NCBI GenBank assembly: GCA_964416775.1
Contig: CAYQFU010000007.1
Location: 1,420-36,417 of the forward strand
Length of the DNA: 34,998 nt
Direction of reading: 5' to 3'
From: an uncultured Ktedonobacterales bacterium
GTDB lineage: Bacteria > Chloroflexota > Ktedonobacteria > Ktedonobacterales > JADMIN01
Each line of letters begins with the position of its first letter. Position 1 is the stretch's first letter. A program made the position numbers and the translations under genes. The notes beneath the pieces are model-generated. The model saw only the letters and a list, made by a program, of their open reading frames with translations, searched no databases and was not told where the DNA came from. This document shows positions 8,722-16,319 of the stretch, piece after piece.

Positions 8722-10116
8722 TCAGTCACTCCAGGCTGGAGCATGAGTGCCAAGCGGGATCGACGGCAGGTCCCAGTGAGGGGGTGTCTCGCTCATGCGT
8801 GCCGCATGGCGCACGGCGAGCAGGCGTCCCCAACCGCTTGGGGATTCCTCCAGGAGATCGGCCATCTCCTGGATCGTTGGGTCGGCACAGGCGAATCCAT
8901 GCTCCACGCGTCCCAATGCGCGCAGCCAGCGGCCCGTCCGCGCGAGTGAGACCTGCGCGTGCCAGCTGCCTCCTTCTGTGGCGCGGCGGAAGAGGGCGGC
9001 CAGCGCGCCAAGCGCCATCAGATAGCCCGAAGCGTGATCCAGCGCCTGGCAGGGTAGCGGCTTCGGCTCAGTCGTCCCAGCCGCGAGCGCCTCGGCATCG
9101 TTCAAGCCGCTGGTGGTTTGCACGATGGAGTCGAAGCCGCGACGAGCCGCCCACGGCCCGCGCTGGCCGTACGCGGTGAGCGAGACGTAGACGATGCCCG
9201 GTCGCAGTGCCGCCGCCTCGTCTGGGCCGAAGCCATGCGACGCGAGGGCGCCGGGGCGGTAGGACTGAACGAAGATGTCGGCGCCGGCGAGGAGCCGGGC
9301 GAGCGTCTGCCGGCCATCCGCTGCGCGCAAGTCTACGAACGTCGCGCGCTTGCCACGCCCGGTGTCGACGACGAGCGGCTCCAGCGAGGGCAGATGCGCC
9401 GCACTGACGACCAATACGTCCGCGCCGTGGGCCGCCAGGACGCGACCGCAGACGGGGCCGGCCACGACGCGTGTGAGATCGAGCACGCGCATGCCTGAGA
9501 GCGGGCGGTCGGCGCCGTCAGGCAACGGACGCGGCGGTGCATCGCCAATTCTGGTCAGCGCGACCACAGGCAATGCCGCGACGCTGCGCCCCTGAGGGTG
9601 CGCGTCCCACTCCGCAACGGATCGCATCATGGCCGCGACCAGACCGGCCTTCGCCGCGGCGTGCTCGAAGGCCTGCGCGTCCCAGGTACGCAATGCGCTG
9701 GCAACCGAATCGCGACTGTGCTCGCAGCCGAGCAGGCGGAGGATGCCGTCGCGGTGGTGCGGAAAGTTGGCGTGAATGCGGACCCAGCGACCGTCTCCGC
9801 ACTGGTAGGCGCCCGTGATGGGGTCCCACACGTCGAGCGATGGCCCGCCGTTCACCCGCAGGTAGCGCTCGCTGCGGAATTCGGCGGCGGCATGGCGCAT
9901 GTCCACGCTGACGCGCTGGAGTCGTCCGGTACGCGACTGCCAGATGGCGTTGGCAGCGCAGGCAACGGCGGCAATGGAGACTTGCGCCGCCGTGCCGACA
10001 CGGAACGACGAGGGCAATGCTGGATCGCGGCCGGGAAGCTCGATCTGGTCGAGCGGCTCAGTAGGCAGCCCGACGAGGTTCCACAGATCGGCGAGAATTG
10101 CATGTGCGCTGTTCAG
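8722..10116 (-). CDS. CoA-transferase family III (CaiB/BaiF), probable CTG start
   Basis: RPLSGMRVLDLTRVVAGPVCGRVLAAHGADV, DTGRGKR, YRPGAL, RRGFDSIVQ. Frame extends 33 codons above TTG 10017 to a CTG preceded by AGAGGAGGAG. Confidence 0.85.
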   Translation of the reverse strand: MNSAHAILADLWNLVGLPTEPLDQIELPGRDPALPSSFRVGTAAQVSIAAVACAANAIWQSRTGRLQRVSVDMRHAAAEFRSERYLRVNGGPSLDVWDPITGAYQCGDGRWVRIHANFPHHRDGILRLLGCEHSRDSVASALRTWDAQAFEHAAAKAGLVAAMMRSVAEWDAHPQGRSVAALPVVALTRIGDAPPRPLPDGADRPLSGMRVLDLTRVVAGPVCGRVLAAHGADVLVVSAAHLPSLEPLVVDTGRGKRATFVDLRAADGRQTLARLLAGADIFVQSYRPGALASHGFGPDEAAALRPGIVYVSLTAYGQRGPWAARRGFDSIVQTTSGLNDAEALAAGTTEPKPLPCQALDHASGYLMALGALAALFRRATEGGSWHAQVSLARTGRWLRALGRVEHGFACADPTIQEMADLLEESPSGWGRLLAVRHAARMSETPPHWDLPSIPLGTHAPAWSD

Positions 10117-10254
10117 GGCTCCTCCTCTCGCTCCTGCTCATTGGACAAGGTGAGCCAGGGGACACCACACCAGCCCGCGCCGGCTCCCCCGCATGGGAAC
10201 CTTGCGAACACGCCCGCGGATCAGGCCAGCGAGCCAGAATTCCACGACGCTGGG

Positions 10255-10608
10255 CTAACGTGACTGGGATTGTCGCTCGCGCCAACCACTCGAAGCGGGG
10301 AGCACCACGCGAGTTGGGGTGAAGGTCCAGGCGTCGCCATGCTGCGCGAGCTGCCCGTAGAACAGCACGTAGCGCTCATTCGCCACCTGCGGATCGTAGC
10401 GCAGCAGAGTCAGCGATGTCTGACTCTCACTATGGGCGGAGCTGGCCGGTGGGTGCCGCGGGGCGGGGAGGGTGTAGCGGTGCTCCGTCCGATCGAAGCT
10501 GAAGGGCAGCGGGAGTGTGACCGGGTAGCCGTCGCGGCCCACATAGCTGAGCGCGGCGCGGCTGAAGGAGTCGATTTGTCCCAAGAGGTCAGCCGTCCAG
10601 TCGATCAT
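10255..10608 (-). CDS. Small divergent split-barrel (PNPOx-like) protein
   Basis: MIDWTADLLGQIDSFSRAALSYVGRDGYP, resembling the PNPOx 'L(S/A)xxxxDGxP' motif; ATGA overlap with upstream stop; GGAGG RBS. Confidence 0.6.
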   Translation of the reverse strand: MIDWTADLLGQIDSFSRAALSYVGRDGYPVTLPLPFSFDRTEHRYTLPAPRHPPASSAHSESQTSLTLLRYDPQVANERYVLFYGQLAQHGDAWTFTPTRVVLPASSGWRERQSQSR

Positions 10609-11102
10609 GGGTTCACCTCCACGACTTCTGGAGCGCTCTGCATGTCGCCTGCCGGCCAGCCCACCAAGCGCACCGGTCGGACACGGATGATCGCGCGCTG
10701 GACGTATCCAGGCATCACCTGGCGCATCCTGGCGAGGTTTTCGCGCGAGGGAGGGTGGCGCCGTGCCCAGCCGGCGAAGTAGCGCTTCCATCCATTCTCG
10801 GGATCGGAATCGTCTATCTCCGCCTGGCCCTGCACCAGCAAGACGTGCGGCGGCTCGGCCTTGCCTGCGCCAACGGGCGAGAAGAGCAGCGCCACCTTGG
10901 GCTGGCGGCGGATGTTCGCGACGCGCTTCATTGCCATGGGCGAGGAGACGATCAGTGTCCCGGTATCGGGGTCGAAATGATTGAGAATCACCGGGAGGGC
11001 AACGGGAGTGCCGCGTTCCGTCATGCTGGTGAACTGACAGGTAGACGACTCTTCGATGGCGTGATACATCCAATCGGGCAGGAGCTGGATGCGCTGTACC
11101 AT
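10605..11102 (-). CDS. Pyridoxamine 5'-phosphate oxidase-like (flavin/F420 split-barrel) protein
   Basis: FTSMTERGTP, KRVANIRRQPKVALLF, LLVQGQAEI, IIRVRPVRL. Confidence 0.8.
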   Translation of the reverse strand: MVQRIQLLPDWMYHAIEESSTCQFTSMTERGTPVALPVILNHFDPDTGTLIVSSPMAMKRVANIRRQPKVALLFSPVGAGKAEPPHVLLVQGQAEIDDSDPENGWKRYFAGWARRHPPSRENLARMRQVMPGYVQRAIIRVRPVRLVGWPAGDMQSAPEVVEVNP

Positions 11103-11224
11103 GCGTATCGCACCTTTCGCACCGGTGCATCAATCGAGGGGCCTTTGATTGCACAGGCACAACCGAAGGCACACGCCACTCGCCGCGTGACCGGATTGCT
11201 GCTACGGCGTATGTCAGGAGTATG

Positions 11225-12091
11225 TCACACGTGCGCGAGCTTGTCCGGGTTGGCGATGATGCGAACGCTGCGGATCCGCTGCGCCTCCACTTCGATGGTG
11301 ATGACGAGGTAGGCGCGTTCTTCGCCGCGAATGACGATGGCCGGCTCGCGATTGACGTCCTCCACCTCGACGCGAGAGCCCGGGGGCAAGAAGCGCCGGG
11401 TGGCACCAATGCTGAAGCGGGCCACGGCGAGACTGCCAGATACGGGGCGTGTGGCCGCTCCCTTGACCTTGCCGCCGCCATCGGCCCACAGGGTCACGTC
11501 CGCGCTCAGGATGTCCATCAGCGCGGCCATGTCGCCGCCCTGGGACGCGCGCGCGAAGCTGAGGAGCATCTGTCGATGGCTCTCGGGAGAGGCGGGGAAG
11601 CGGGGGCGATGCTCGCCGAGATGCTTCCTGGCGCGGCTGAACGCCTGGCGGCAGGCCATCTCGGACTTGCCGAGGAAGGTGGCGATCTCCGTGTAGTCGT
11701 AGTCGAAGACTTCGCGCAGCAGGAAGACGGCGCGCTCGAAGGGCTTCAGCTGCTCTAGCAGCACCAGAAACGCCAGTGACACCGACTCCGCTCGGTCGAC
11801 ACGGTCCTCGGGGTTCGCCGTCTCGAGCGCCTCCGCATTGCCGATGGGCTCGGGGAGCCAGGGTCCCAGATAGGTCTCACGCTGGCGCCGCGCCAGGTGG
11901 AGCTGATCCATGCAGAGGCGCGTGAGGATGGTGGTCAAGAAGGCTTTGGGGGACGCGATGGCTTCTGGTGGCGTCGCCCGGTAGCGCAGGTAGGTCTCCT
12001 GCACCATATCCTCGGCATCCATGGCGGTACCGAGCATGCGATAGGCGATAGAGAAGAGGTACGGCCGGTAGGTTTCGAAGGAGTCTACCAT
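11225..12091 (-). CDS. sigJ: ECF41-type RNA polymerase sigma factor (SigJ-like) with SnoaL-like C-terminal extension
   Basis: AYRMLGTAMDAEDMVQETY, linker YLGPWLPEP, ERAVFLLREVF, WADGGGK and terminal NPDKL, the diagnostic ECF41 motifs. Confidence 0.92.
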   Translation of the reverse strand: MVDSFETYRPYLFSIAYRMLGTAMDAEDMVQETYLRYRATPPEAIASPKAFLTTILTRLCMDQLHLARRQRETYLGPWLPEPIGNAEALETANPEDRVDRAESVSLAFLVLLEQLKPFERAVFLLREVFDYDYTEIATFLGKSEMACRQAFSRARKHLGEHRPRFPASPESHRQMLLSFARASQGGDMAALMDILSADVTLWADGGGKVKGAATRPVSGSLAVARFSIGATRRFLPPGSRVEVEDVNREPAIVIRGEERAYLVITIEVEAQRIRSVRIIANPDKLAHV

Positions 12092-12106
12092 GGCGATCCT
12101 CCTACG

Positions 12107-13048
12107 TTACCGAGACGCGATCTCGTCATCCCACCACTGGCGAATCGCGGTGGCGACCCCTGTGGGGTCGTATTCCTGGGGAAAGTGGTGGCAGCCCGCG
12201 AAAATGACGGCGCGATGCCGCGGAAAGATCCGCTCGAGGCGCGTAAGCCACCCTATCCGGACCAGGCCATCCGTCTCGCCGAAGATCAGCAGCGCGGGCA
12301 TCCCATCGAGGAGGCGCAATCGCTGGCTCAAGTCGGCGAGATAATCGCGACTGCGTACGGCACTGGCAAAGAGGTCGTGCGGGTGGCGGCGGACGGCGCG
12401 GTCGAGCATGGGTCCGCGGTAGGCCAGCTTCTCACGAGCGGAGAAGCGCTGGTGGGGCCCGCGGGTGACGTTCCTCAGATAATACTCCAAGAAAAAGTTG
12501 GTGGTGACACCGAAGAAGCGGGCGACAGGTGAGCCGATCAGCCTGACCATACGCGCGATGCCCGGATACTCCTGCAACGGCCAGGCGAACGCGGGGCCGA
12601 CGATCACCGCGCGGAACCACTCAGGCCGCCGCGCGACGACACCCAGTCCAATCGATGCCGTGATGTCCTGCGAGAAGAGCGCGACATCGCGCAGGCCGAG
12701 CGCCTGGATGAATCGCTCGATCAGCAGAGAGTCGCCAGTCAGGGTATGGCGGTAACCGGGCGCGGCGGCGGAAAGGCCAAATCCCGGCAGGTCGAGCGCG
12801 ACACAACGGAATCGGCCACGCAGATCTTTGACGACGTCGCGGAAGGTGAACGACCAGCCGACACCAGGGTGGAGGAACAGGAGCGTGGGACCGGTTCCTT
12901 CGTCGATGTAGTGCAGACGATGGCCGTCGATCTCCACGAACCGGCTCTGGAAGGGATAGAGGCCTTCGTCGAGCCATCGCGGGCGTGCCAGCGTGCCAAG
13001 TACGGCGGCAGTGGCGCCCGCAACCTCAGGAGAGCGTGCGAGAGACAT
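12107..13048 (-). CDS. Alpha/beta hydrolase, haloalkane-dehalogenase-like
   Basis: YPFQSRF, LHYIDEGTG, ALDLPGFGLS, Asp nucleophile in SQDIT, HHFPQEYDP. Confidence 0.85.
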   Translation of the reverse strand: MSLARSPEVAGATAAVLGTLARPRWLDEGLYPFQSRFVEIDGHRLHYIDEGTGPTLLFLHPGVGWSFTFRDVVKDLRGRFRCVALDLPGFGLSAAAPGYRHTLTGDSLLIERFIQALGLRDVALFSQDITASIGLGVVARRPEWFRAVIVGPAFAWPLQEYPGIARMVRLIGSPVARFFGVTTNFFLEYYLRNVTRGPHQRFSAREKLAYRGPMLDRAVRRHPHDLFASAVRSRDYLADLSQRLRLLDGMPALLIFGETDGLVRIGWLTRLERIFPRHRAVIFAGCHHFPQEYDPTGVATAIRQWWDDEIASR

Positions 13049-13088
13049 GGGTAAACCTCACTGACCGGTAGGGATGGGTGGCTGATCG

Positions 13089-13682
13089 TCACGACTGGTG
13101 GTCGTCAACAGAAAGAGGGTCGACGTGACGCAGTTGTGACAGAGGGTTGGAAAGCGGCGACGCTTCCTGGCCGGTCACCCACGCGCGAGGACTCGTGCTG
13201 ACGTTGCCGGTGGGATCATTCCCTCCTGCCGCGGCATGCCGGAGCTGAACAAATCGCGGGATGCCGATTAGTGGCACCAGGGCCCGCTCCGCAGGACGGA
13301 ACGCTGGGCAGGCGGTTGCCCAGTCTACGACCACGGGGTCAACGACCGGGTAGTCAACTCCATTCCAGCGGATAACGCCCCCACCCGCCGCGCGCAGATT
13401 CTGGAACCAATCCGCGCTCTCACCAAAGGTCAGTGCAATCACGAAGCCGGTGGGCGTCGGCCGCGCGGCCACTGGCGTGGCGTAGGCGCGACCGGAACGA
13501 CGACCGCGGTGGTGGATGACACCGAAAAATTGCACATGCCGCCTCCCGGCAAGGGCGAGTATGAGCGGATTCAGTAGACGCCGGCCGACGTCGATGGTGG
13601 CCCGGAGGACCGGATTCGGGATTCCCGATGAAGGGAGCGAGGCGCCGCCCGATTGACTCGATACCGGACGTGTGGCTGACAT
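13089..13682 (-). CDS. Nitroreductase-family deazaflavin (F420)-dependent oxidoreductase
   Basis: IHHRGRRSGRAYATPV and TFGESADWFQNLRAAGG; GAGGAGG RBS before ATG 13682. Confidence 0.85.
   Translation of the reverse strand: MSATRPVSSQSGGASLPSSGIPNPVLRATIDVGRRLLNPLILALAGRRHVQFFGVIHHRGRRSGRAYATPVAARPTPTGFVIALTFGESADWFQNLRAAGGGVIRWNGVDYPVVDPVVVDWATACPAFRPAERALVPLIGIPRFVQLRHAAAGGNDPTGNVSTSPRAWVTGQEASPLSNPLSQLRHVDPLSVDDHQS
13114..13141 (-). promoter_or_regulatory. Candidate ECF41 promoter, copy 2
   Basis: Minus strand TGTCACA ACTGCGTCACG TCGAC CCTCT, about 65 nt upstream of the hydrolase-sigJ genes. Confidence 0.65.
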
Positions 13683-13751
13683 GTGATCCTCCTCGCGCTG
13701 CAATTGGTCGATGGACTCGGTACGGCGGTCCGTGGGCGCTGGACCAGTGAG

Positions 13752-14213
13752 CTAGCTCGCGCCTGGCATCCCGGTCGTCTGGCCGACTTCGATGAGATGG
13801 CCGTCGGGGTCGCGCAGATAACAGCGGATCTCGGATTCGTGCACTTTGGGCGGAGTGAGGAACTCCGCGCCGCGCTCGCGCCAGCGCGCATATACCTCGT
13901 TGATGTCGGCCACGCGCAGGTTGAGGGCGCTGGTGAGCGTTCGCCCGTCTCGCGGCGCAACGGCGACGACGTCGGGTTTGTCGTCGGTGGGGCCGCCTTC
14001 CTGGGAGAGGACCAACCAACTGTTATGGAAGCGCAGAATGGAAGGTGGACCCTCCATCAGGACGTGCGCGCCCAGGACATTCGCGTAGAAGTCGCGGGAG
14101 CGGGCGACATCGCGCACGATGAGCAGGTGCGTGACGGCGATGCCTTGCCGCGGCCGGGGCCACTCCGCGTCGGCTGCCGAGCCGTCGATCTCAGCATTCG
14201 GTTGCTGATTCAT
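13752..14213 (-). CDS. VOC/glyoxalase family protein
   Basis: THLLIVRDVARSRDFY, LNLRVADI, CYLRDPDGHLIEV; AAGGAG RBS. Confidence 0.9.
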   Translation of the reverse strand: MNQQPNAEIDGSAADAEWPRPRQGIAVTHLLIVRDVARSRDFYANVLGAHVLMEGPPSILRFHNSWLVLSQEGGPTDDKPDVVAVAPRDGRTLTSALNLRVADINEVYARWRERGAEFLTPPKVHESEIRCYLRDPDGHLIEVGQTTGMPGAS

Positions 14214-14327
14214 CTCTGTCTCCTTCTTGGGACTGTCGTTCGATGCCGAGTGATGCGCCGGCCAGTGCCACCTCGCCGTCGTACGGATGCGTACGTACCT
14301 GCAGCGCGGCGGCCTGGCGATCACCAA

Positions 14328-14627
14328 TTAGCTGGCGGCCTGGAACAGGCGGGTGAGGCCGATGAAAGGCGCCAGCGGGATCAGATCGAAGTCGATCAGG
14401 TGCAATTGCGCGAACGGGAGCGTCGCAAGCGCGTCTCTGGCGGCCTCAACGCTCGCGCATTCGAATATCAAGACCACCCTGCCAGGCTCGGCCGCGCGCA
14501 CATAGAACTCACGACAAATACCTTGCGCATACAGGTCCCACACGGCGCGAATCTCAGCGTCCGCATGCTCTTGCAGCGCCTGCGGGGGCACACCTACGCG
14601 CGGCTTGGGCAATACCAGGATCTTCAT
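14328..14627 (-). CDS. Muconolactone-isomerase-like dimeric alpha/beta barrel protein
   Basis: AEIRAVWDLYAQG...VVLIFECASVEAARDALATLPF...FDLIPLAPF. Confidence 0.65.
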   Translation of the reverse strand: MKILVLPKPRVGVPPQALQEHADAEIRAVWDLYAQGICREFYVRAAEPGRVVLIFECASVEAARDALATLPFAQLHLIDFDLIPLAPFIGLTRLFQAAS

Positions 14628-14747
14628 CTGACTTGTCCCTCGATTCCATTGCGGCGGGGCTTCGTGGCGCCGCCGCTTGCGGCCGGGCCATCGGCCTTGG
14701 CTACTGTTTGCTCGCACTACGAGCCTGAGCCCAACGTACTCGGCGAA

Positions 14748-15305
14748 TCACATGGCGGAGAGCGGCGCGGAGGCCACGCTCTCGCGTACGGGCGTGACGC
14801 ACACGTCGGCGCTGAGGGCGACCGAGTCGCCGATCATCGCCGGCAGCAGCGCTCGCAGCACCGCATTGCGCGGAATCCCGAACGCCGAGCGAGGCAGCGC
14901 GCCGATGACGTGAACCCGCCGCGCGCGGTCCGGCTCCGCATCTGGATCGAGCACGGCGTCGAGCGTTATCGGATGCTCCCGTCCGTGCAGGCGCAGCACG
15001 CCATGGATGGTGTAGCGATTCGGCTCGATCCGCTCGACGTACTGGCTATGGTAGGTGATCGTGGGATAGCGGCGGGCGTCCAGAAAGCTCGCGGACTTCA
15101 GGTGCAGGTCGCGAGCCGAGAGACCCGTGCGCAGACTGCCAGCGGAGATGGTGACCTCGAGCGCATGGGGGCAGCCCTGTTCGTCCGCCGTGCCGGTGCC
15201 GACGATGCGGGTGAACTCACCCTGGGTGCGGAGGAGGCCAGGGACAACGAACGAAAGCCTGGTGCGAGCGGAGTCAATGGCGAAGGTCTGCATGGCGTGC
15301 TCCAT
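14748..15305 (-). CDS. YceI-family lipid/polyisoprenoid-binding protein (no signal peptide)
   Basis: FAIDSARTRLSF, SLRTGLSARDLHLKSASFLD..RYPTITY, GVLRLHG, RSAFGI; start 15305 or 15293. Confidence 0.85.
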   Translation of the reverse strand: MEHAMQTFAIDSARTRLSFVVPGLLRTQGEFTRIVGTGTADEQGCPHALEVTISAGSLRTGLSARDLHLKSASFLDARRYPTITYHSQYVERIEPNRYTIHGVLRLHGREHPITLDAVLDPDAEPDRARRVHVIGALPRSAFGIPRNAVLRALLPAMIGDSVALSADVCVTPVRESVASAPLSAM

Positions 15306-15347
15306 TCGTCGTCCTACACACTTTCCTTTGTGAAGCTTCGCACTGGT

Positions 15348-15375
15348 AGTGGGTCGAGGGGTGGATTTTGTGACA
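15348..15375 (-). promoter_or_regulatory. Candidate ECF41 promoter, copy 1
   Basis: Minus strand TGTCACA AAATCCACCCC TCGAC CCACT, about 45 nt upstream of the first gene (yceI-like) of the operon. Confidence 0.65.
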
Positions 15376-15584
15376 GTCCGTGCGCGTGTCTCCTCAATCC
15401 GACTCCGGATGCATGGGTGCCGGTGCGCCGGGCGGCCGCATCTCCATGCGCCCCCGACGGAGTGGGCGAAGAGATCACCAGAGTCCACTATCAGTGACTG
15501 ATGGGGGCATGGACGACGCGCGCAGGCGGTCACGGGAGTCGGCGCGGCCTGCACGAGCGGCAAGACGGACTGGCATGCGTTGGC

Positions 15585-15614
15585 TGGCCTGATTGGCCTG
15601 ATTGGCCTGATTGG
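15585..15614. repeat. 9-bp tandem repeat (TGGCCTGAT)x3.3
   Basis: Read directly: TGGCCTGAT TGGCCTGAT TGGCCTGAT TGG. Confidence 0.9.
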
Positions 15615-16063
15615 AACAGGGGCCGAGCCATGCTGGGCTCAGCAGCGGGCGAGCGTCGTGGGCGTCCCGGTGGCAAGTCTTTTGCACGACTCTTAGACTG
15701 ACCGGGGCATGGCGATCCCGGCCGCGATGTGCCCAAGAAGTCGCGTGGACGGTGCAGGCCGTGGGACTCGGACCGGGACGCATCGCCTCTACAGGCGACG
15801 ATGCGTCATCCACCGAAGGAGAGGGTGGCCAGCGCGCGGGGGAGCGCGAACAGCAGGCCGAGGACTGACACACGCGCAAACCGCCACGGCCTACCACCGC
15901 ATTGAGCCAGGCGTTCGCCAAGTGCGAGGTCACGACCGGCGACCAGCCCACGCAACGTGCGCGCAGCAGGCGTTCACGCCGCGCGCCCCCTGCGTTGCGG
16001 TGAGTGAGGCCAGGCCGATGCGCGCGCACGGGACGCCGGTATGAACCGCGTGCCGAATGCGTG

Positions 16064-16093
16064 ATGCCAGGTCTGGTCGAAGCGTGCTATGAT
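16064..16093 (+). promoter_or_regulatory. Candidate housekeeping promoter for the cyd operon
   Basis: Extended -10 TGCTATGAT (16085-16093) with ATGCCA 18 nt upstream of TATGAT. Confidence 0.35.
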
Positions 16094-16319
16094 CGTTTGA
16101 TGGGCAGGCGGCGCGCCCGAATGGACGCCCCTCACTTCGGGAGCGACTGGCCAGGCCTGGCATGAGCATGACACGGATCGGCGAGCGACACCCTCGAATG
16201 CTGTGTCTGGCAGCCTGGCCACGACAGTGCGGGGGGCAAGCGCTGCCGTGGGTGCGACGGCACCTACTAAACGGTGATGGCGCGGCGAGACGAGGTGGTG
16301 GCATGGCGGGAATCGCGAG

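Noticed and set aside
11223-11229. TGTCACA on the plus strand at the sigJ stop
   Set aside because: No TCGAC/CCWCT or CGTC at the 16-nt spacing, and it points antisense into sigJ.
10609-11481. N-terminal part of the 408-aa ORF 10255..11481
   Set aside because: Off-frame overlap with sigJ and the PNPOx gene; only the last 117 codons have an RBS and protein-like sequence.
15328-15343. TTGTGAAGCTTCGCAC as a Rex operator for cyd
   Set aside because: Half-site spacing is 2 rather than 4 nt, the right half is degenerate, and it lies about 1 kb from cydD.
13683-15497. 604-aa plus-strand ORF
   Set aside because: Antisense to three well-supported genes (VOC, MIase-like, YceI); no recognisable motifs.
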